Assembly (NCBI GenBank): GCA_039028615.1
Contig: JBCCHT010000001.1
Coordinates: 96,001 to 160,000 of the forward strand
DNA: 64,000 nucleotides
Reading direction: 5' to 3'
Origin: Myxococcota bacterium
GTDB lineage: Bacteria; Myxococcota_A; Polyangia; Nannocystales; Nannocystaceae
Shown here: in pieces, positions 59,526 to 64,000 of the stretch
Position numbering within the stretch: position 1 is the stretch's first letter
Layout: every line of letters starts with the position of its first letter
Notes under the pieces: model-generated
Told to the model about the DNA's origin: nothing
Database searches by the model: none
Seen by the model: the letters and a program-made list of their open reading frames with translations, nothing else
Translations under genes and position numbers: made by a program

Positions 59526-61058
59526 ATGACCCACCGCCAGAGCCCCACCAAGAGCGAGGCATCGCTCTCGGCAGGCGAGGTGCTGGGAGCGGCCCTGGTT
59601 CTCGCCCTCGTGGGATGGGGGGTGACCCGGGCGGCAACGTGGATGAGCGGCCAAGCGCTGCCTCTATGGGCTAGCTTGAAGTTGGCGGCCGCATACGCGG
59701 GCTTGGGGCTGCTCGGTTTGCTGCTGGCGGCCTTTTTCCTCGATGGCCTGCGGCTGGGTTGGCTGCATCTGCTTCGGGGCGCCCGGATTCGGCGCGCCTG
59801 GAGTCGTTGCCCGGTCCCCAGCCACCAGAGCCTTCGCCCGGGTCAGACCTTGTCGGTCATCGAGCATTGGGCGGCGGAGACCTTCATCGATCTGGCCGAG
59901 GCCGGCTATGGATTTTCGCGGGAGCTCAAGCGCGCGGACTTCCTCGAGATGCGTTCGCTGGTGATGGGGCAGGTGCCCCAGGACCCCGGCCAACGACTAC
60001 GGCTGCAAACCGACGTGGTGGCCCCCTTGTTTGCCAAGTTGGCCGGCGCCGACGAGGCCGCCACGAATCTGGTGAGCCTGGCAAGCGATCAAAGGCCCCA
60101 CCGACGAGCCTTCTTCATCGGTATGCGGCTGCTGTCGATGCTGAGCTTCGGCCTGCTGGGGTGGTCGCCCCTGCGCAGCTACAAGCGGATCGACGAGGAG
60201 CTCCTTCGTCGCGATCCGCAGGCCCTCGAGCGCCTTGTCCTCGAGCGTCCTCTCCTCCTGACGGCCATCGACAAAATCCTGGGTGGCCCGCGGCAGAAAA
60301 CCGCTCCTCATCCCGCGCAAGGTCAGCGCGAAGGCGAAGGAGACCCGAAGGATTCCCCCCGCTCGGCGGCCCCGCCCGGCCCGCTGAATTCATCCGCGAC
60401 TGACCCCCAAGCGACCGACTCCTCTCCGGACCCCGAGGGCCAACCCGAGGTGCTGGCCGGCAACGCCGGTCAGCAGGGGTCCGAGCAGGCGCACGCCAAG
60501 GAAGTCGCCACGAGGCAAGCCCTAGACGCAGTGAACCTGGCCAAGTCCCTGCTAGGTGATGGACAAGATCCTGCATGGGACGAGCCCGAGCCCCTATTGC
60601 AGTCGATGCAAGGTGCTCTGGGCGAGGCCCTCCTCCTCACCGAGCAGGAAGCGGAACATCACCAGCTCCTGCATCGGGTGGAAGGCATGCAGGCGCGGCT
60701 GGAGTCCTATGAAGGATGGAAAACGCGCTGCTTGGCCCTGCCGGATCCCGGCACGTGGCCCCCCCTCCTTGGCCAGGTGATGGCCGGCCTGGCCGACGTG
60801 CCGGGGTGGGAGCTCCCTCGCCGGCTCGACCGAGGCCTCTGCCACGCCTACCTGAGCTGCGAGGATGCATCGAAGCTCCTTTTTCCTCGGTCCGACGTGC
60901 CGCCGCAGGCCTCCACCACTACGGCGGCGACTGACCAACTTCCCTCCCCCGATCCGATGCCAGGTGGCCAGGCAGACGAGGACGTCTCGCCTGGTAGCAG
61001 CGAAAAACTCAGCTTTCTTCGCCCGCCGCCCGACGAAGCAGCGCGCTACGGGCTCTAG
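59526..61058 (+). CDS. hypothetical membrane protein
   Basis: Two N-terminal TM helices, a later hydrophobic segment, Pro/Gln-rich linker, helical C-terminus. Confidence 0.65.
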   Translation: MTHRQSPTKSEASLSAGEVLGAALVLALVGWGVTRAATWMSGQALPLWASLKLAAAYAGLGLLGLLLAAFFLDGLRLGWLHLLRGARIRRAWSRCPVPSHQSLRPGQTLSVIEHWAAETFIDLAEAGYGFSRELKRADFLEMRSLVMGQVPQDPGQRLRLQTDVVAPLFAKLAGADEAATNLVSLASDQRPHRRAFFIGMRLLSMLSFGLLGWSPLRSYKRIDEELLRRDPQALERLVLERPLLLTAIDKILGGPRQKTAPHPAQGQREGEGDPKDSPRSAAPPGPLNSSATDPQATDSSPDPEGQPEVLAGNAGQQGSEQAHAKEVATRQALDAVNLAKSLLGDGQDPAWDEPEPLLQSMQGALGEALLLTEQEAEHHQLLHRVEGMQARLESYEGWKTRCLALPDPGTWPPLLGQVMAGLADVPGWELPRRLDRGLCHAYLSCEDASKLLFPRSDVPPQASTTTAATDQLPSPDPMPGGQADEDVSPGSSEKLSFLRPPPDEAARYGL

Positions 61059-61064
61059 CGCCCC

Positions 61065-62543
61065 ATGGCCGAGCCCCACGCCACCAACCCCCCCAAGAAA
61101 GCCCACGCCGTGACGACCAGGATTTTGCAGATCAAACGTAGCGAGAACCGCTTCGGCTGGGTGATCCGATTCGCCAGCGCGAGCTCGGGGATCATCACCT
61201 TCATGGGCCTGGTGGGAACGCAACCGCTTTGGCTGGCAACGCTACTGGCCTCGGTGTCGGTGGTGCTGGCCTCGGTGGGGTGGACCTTTTTGCTCCGAGC
61301 ATGGCCCCGAGCAAACCGCCGCGAGCGAGGAATGCTGCTGCGTCTGGTGGCCTTGCCGGTCCTGGGCCTGGTGGTGCTCAGCTCCTCGGTCATCGGGATC
61401 TTTGGGTTGGCCACTCCTCAGGCGATTCGCCAGGACATGGTCCAGATCACCGACGAGGTGGCGCCGGTGATTCAGGCGCAGCGAAGTCGCATCGAAGCCG
61501 AGCAGCAACTGCTCCCGCTGCTCGAGCAGGCCGCCCGGGAGTTCGCCGCGATGGCCGAGGATGAAGCTACCCGCGGTCGTTTTACGGGGCACCGAGGCCG
61601 GCGCGGCCGGATCTACGGCGACCTCAAGGCCCTCGCGGGCAACTTCGAGGCGGCGGCAAACACCTTCCGAGAGGGCCAGGAAGGTGCCCGCCTGGCCCTG
61701 CGAGAAGCTCAGATCGCCCTCGGGCAGCTGCGCCGACTTTCGCTCGAGGCGGGCAGTGGCCGACAGGAGCTCCGTCGCGCGAGCGAGGGCTACCGCCAGG
61801 CCCTGGAGACCTTGGCTGGCGCCCTGACTCGGGCCAGACTGTCGCCGCTGGAGAGCACGCTCTCCATCGTCGAGGCCGGCATCGCCCAACAACGACGAAG
61901 CACGACCACGGCCAGGTCGGCTCGACGCCGTGAGCGAGAGGAGGCTGCCGCCACGGCCGTGGGCCAGATTGCGGCCCAGAGCCAGCGTCGCCTGGATGAC
62001 CTGGTCGGTGGTCTGCCGAGCGATTCGCCTCAGCTTCTGCCGATGCGCCTCGCGCTGCCGGTCGAGGCCGTGGCCAAGCACTGGCCCTACATCTTGCCGC
62101 TGGCGGCCTACGTGCTGGCCATCGACCTGGTCCTTCCGGCGCTCATGATCGTGATGCTTGGATTCCTCCACCAACGTCTTCGTCATTCGTCTGGCACGCT
62201 TTCCGAGGATGGCGGCCAGGAGGCCCTGTCCGAGGCCCTCGAGCCGCGCCAGGTCGCCGGTCGAGTCAGTGCTGCACCGACGATGGGCTTGACGCCCATG
62301 CAGGCCGAGGGGACCACGGTCCAGCCCTCGGGGACTGTGACCAGCAACCTGTCCAAGCGCCAAGAGACGGCGCAGGCGGCGATGAACGTCCGGCCCGAGA
62401 CGCAGGTCGATGGGCCCCAGCCCGTGCCCGACATCCAGCAGACCCAGCGGGCGGCGCCCCGACGCCCCCTTCCGAATTCGCCTGCCTCCACGCAGGCGAT
62501 CAAGGCCTTCCTTGAACGACACCGCTACGATCGCACTGGCTGA
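61065..62543 (+). CDS. hypothetical membrane protein with long coiled-coil loop
   Basis: 3 N-terminal TMs, about 200-aa helical segment, C-terminal TM (AIDLVLP), disordered tail. Confidence 0.7.
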   Translation: MAEPHATNPPKKAHAVTTRILQIKRSENRFGWVIRFASASSGIITFMGLVGTQPLWLATLLASVSVVLASVGWTFLLRAWPRANRRERGMLLRLVALPVLGLVVLSSSVIGIFGLATPQAIRQDMVQITDEVAPVIQAQRSRIEAEQQLLPLLEQAAREFAAMAEDEATRGRFTGHRGRRGRIYGDLKALAGNFEAAANTFREGQEGARLALREAQIALGQLRRLSLEAGSGRQELRRASEGYRQALETLAGALTRARLSPLESTLSIVEAGIAQQRRSTTTARSARRREREEAAATAVGQIAAQSQRRLDDLVGGLPSDSPQLLPMRLALPVEAVAKHWPYILPLAAYVLAIDLVLPALMIVMLGFLHQRLRHSSGTLSEDGGQEALSEALEPRQVAGRVSAAPTMGLTPMQAEGTTVQPSGTVTSNLSKRQETAQAAMNVRPETQVDGPQPVPDIQQTQRAAPRRPLPNSPASTQAIKAFLERHRYDRTG

Positions 62544-64000
62544 GAAGGCGGACGGAGGGAAGGTCACCGTTTCCCTGGACCGCCTTCGCCGACACACGCT
62601 GATCAGCGGTGTGACGGGGATGGGTAAGAGCCGCTTCCTTGAGCACCTGCTCTTCGAACTGCTGCGCCTTCGTCGAGAGGGATGCAAGCTCGGCATCGGA
62701 CTCATCGACCCCGTGGGCGAGGTCTTCGATGCCACCAAGGCCTACTTGGCCTCCCTTTGCCTTCGCTACCGCGCGGCAGAGCTCGGGTCGCCGCCAGCGC
62801 TTGCGGCCCGCATCCAATCGAAGCGAGAGGCCCTGACCCGAAGCTTGGCGCTCATCGACTTCACCGACGAGCATTGCGGTGGCTGGCGCCTGAACCCGCT
62901 GGAGCGCCGTGCCGGCTTCAGTACTGGCGAGACGGTGGGGGAGCTGCTTCGCGTGATGGAACGCGTGCTGGGCTCGATGACCGAGATGAGGCGACTTCAG
63001 GCGCTGCTACGGAGCGTGCTGTCGGTCCTCGTGGAGACCGAAGGCGCCACCCTTCGAGACGCCGTAGACCTGCTGGTGGCCGACAGCGAGAGCTTGGTCG
63101 AGTTCATCGATGAGCTGGAACGTCGGCGCCAACAAGGAACGCTGCGCCTGCCCCTGAGACGATCGATCGTGGAGATCTATTTCCGCGATCTCTTCTTGAC
63201 CACCTCGAGACGCGAGCGCCGAGAGCTCATCGCCTCGACGATGCATGCCCTGAACGTCTTCCTTGCCGACGAGCGGGCGGCCACCTTTTTGGGCGCCCCC
63301 CGGGGAAACCTCGACCTCGAGGCGATCGTCTCGAGCGGAGGGGCGCTCCTGGTCAAGCTGCCGGCCAGCCTGGACCTCAACACCCAGAAGGTACTGGGAA
63401 CGCTCCTGGTCAGCCGTATCGAACTGCTGGCGCGCCGGCGCAAGGTGCCCGACGTCAAGGCGGGGCGGGAGCCTCTGTTCGCGCTCATGGTCGACGAGTT
63501 CCAGGATTTCGTGGGCCCTCACTGGGCCCAAACCTTCGCCCAACTTCGCAACTACGGGTTGATGATGGTCGTGAGCCACCAGACCCGAGCACAGCTGGAG
63601 AGCAGCGACGAGATGAAGGCGCTGTATCGGGCGGTGTCGGCGAACACCGAACTCAAGGTGCATTTTCGTCAGCCGCTCGACCCCGACGCCTTGGCGGCAG
63701 CCCCGATGATCTTCCGCCCCGAAGGCCGGCGACTTCGTCGTATCGCCGTCGACCGAAGTCGCAGCCGCTCCCAAACCCGCAGTCTCCAACGCGCTCAGTC
63801 CCGCTCCCTGTCGGTGAGCCTGAGCCATGGCCTGAGCCACAGCATCACCCACACCTTCTCCGTGGGCCAAGGGCAGAGCGTTTCGTTTTCTAGCTCCGAG
63901 GGGCGAACGCAGGTGGAGACCGAGTCCCTGTCGATCAGCACGGGGGAGAACTGGTCGAGTGTCATCAATAAGTCCACCGGGCTCTCGGTGACCCAGAGCG
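62512..64000 (+). CDS. TraD/VirD4/HerA-like P-loop ATPase (coupling-protein-like), 3' truncated
   Basis: Not in the ORF track because no stop is reached. Manual translation gives HTLISGVTGMGKS (Walker A), LIDPVGE, LMVDEFQDF (Walker B), LRNYG..VSHQ. Confidence 0.85.
   Translation, partial: MNDTATIALAEKADGGKVTVSLDRLRRHTLISGVTGMGKSRFLEHLLFELLRLRREGCKLGIGLIDPVGEVFDATKAYLASLCLRYRAAELGSPPALAARIQSKREALTRSLALIDFTDEHCGGWRLNPLERRAGFSTGETVGELLRVMERVLGSMTEMRRLQALLRSVLSVLVETEGATLRDAVDLLVADSESLVEFIDELERRRQQGTLRLPLRRSIVEIYFRDLFLTTSRRERRELIASTMHALNVFLADERAATFLGAPRGNLDLEAIVSSGGALLVKLPASLDLNTQKVLGTLLVSRIELLARRRKVPDVKAGREPLFALMVDEFQDFVGPHWAQTFAQLRNYGLMMVVSHQTRAQLESSDEMKALYRAVSANTELKVHFRQPLDPDALAAAPMIFRPEGRRLRRIAVDRSRSRSQTRSLQRAQSRSLSVSLSHGLSHSITHTFSVGQGQSVSFSSSEGRTQVETESLSISTGENWSSVINKSTGLSVTQS

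Larger units (their letters stand above)
56768..64000. mobile_element. integrative (ICE/IME-like) element, extends beyond window
   Basis: tRNA fragment, adjacent tyrosine integrase, excisionase, coupling-protein-like ATPase; visibly more A/T-ending codons than the flanking host genes. Confidence 0.8.

Overview
GC-rich bacterial chromosome segment, most likely from a myxobacterium (Nannocystaceae-like). This is inferred from three large Ser/Thr kinases, three ECF sigma factors, many lipoproteins with S/T/G-rich linkers and an MxcI-like gene. From left to right: TPR protein, LysR regulator with divergent lipoproteins, CAP and Cys-rich proteins, a 6TM channel combining a voltage-sensor-like domain with a CASTOR/POLLUX-like pore and RCK tail, bcp, fumC and prlC. 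At about 14.6-28.3 kb is a Fur-boxed NRPS-independent hydroxamate siderophore cluster (desABCD-like) with two DesD-like synthetases, a methyltransferase, an HGSNAT-like acyltransferase, an MFS exporter and a PepSY reductase. At about 30-37.3 kb is an ECF sigma / membrane anti-sigma / lipoprotein TPR-CHAT protease operon with a convergent S8 protease; this is my best candidate for an undescribed system. Next come a lipoprotein resembling the eukaryotic Nir/RdgB LNS2 domain, PrsW and kinase-ECF pairs. From about 56.8 kb to the end is an integrative element inserted in tRNA-Ala(TGC), with att fragment, integrase, excisionase, membrane proteins and a truncated coupling-protein-like ATPase. Many genes carry a TANNNT box 5-12 nt before the start codon, suggesting leaderless or very short-leader transcription. 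All calls come from motif recognition by eye; no searches were run and start codons are my best estimates.
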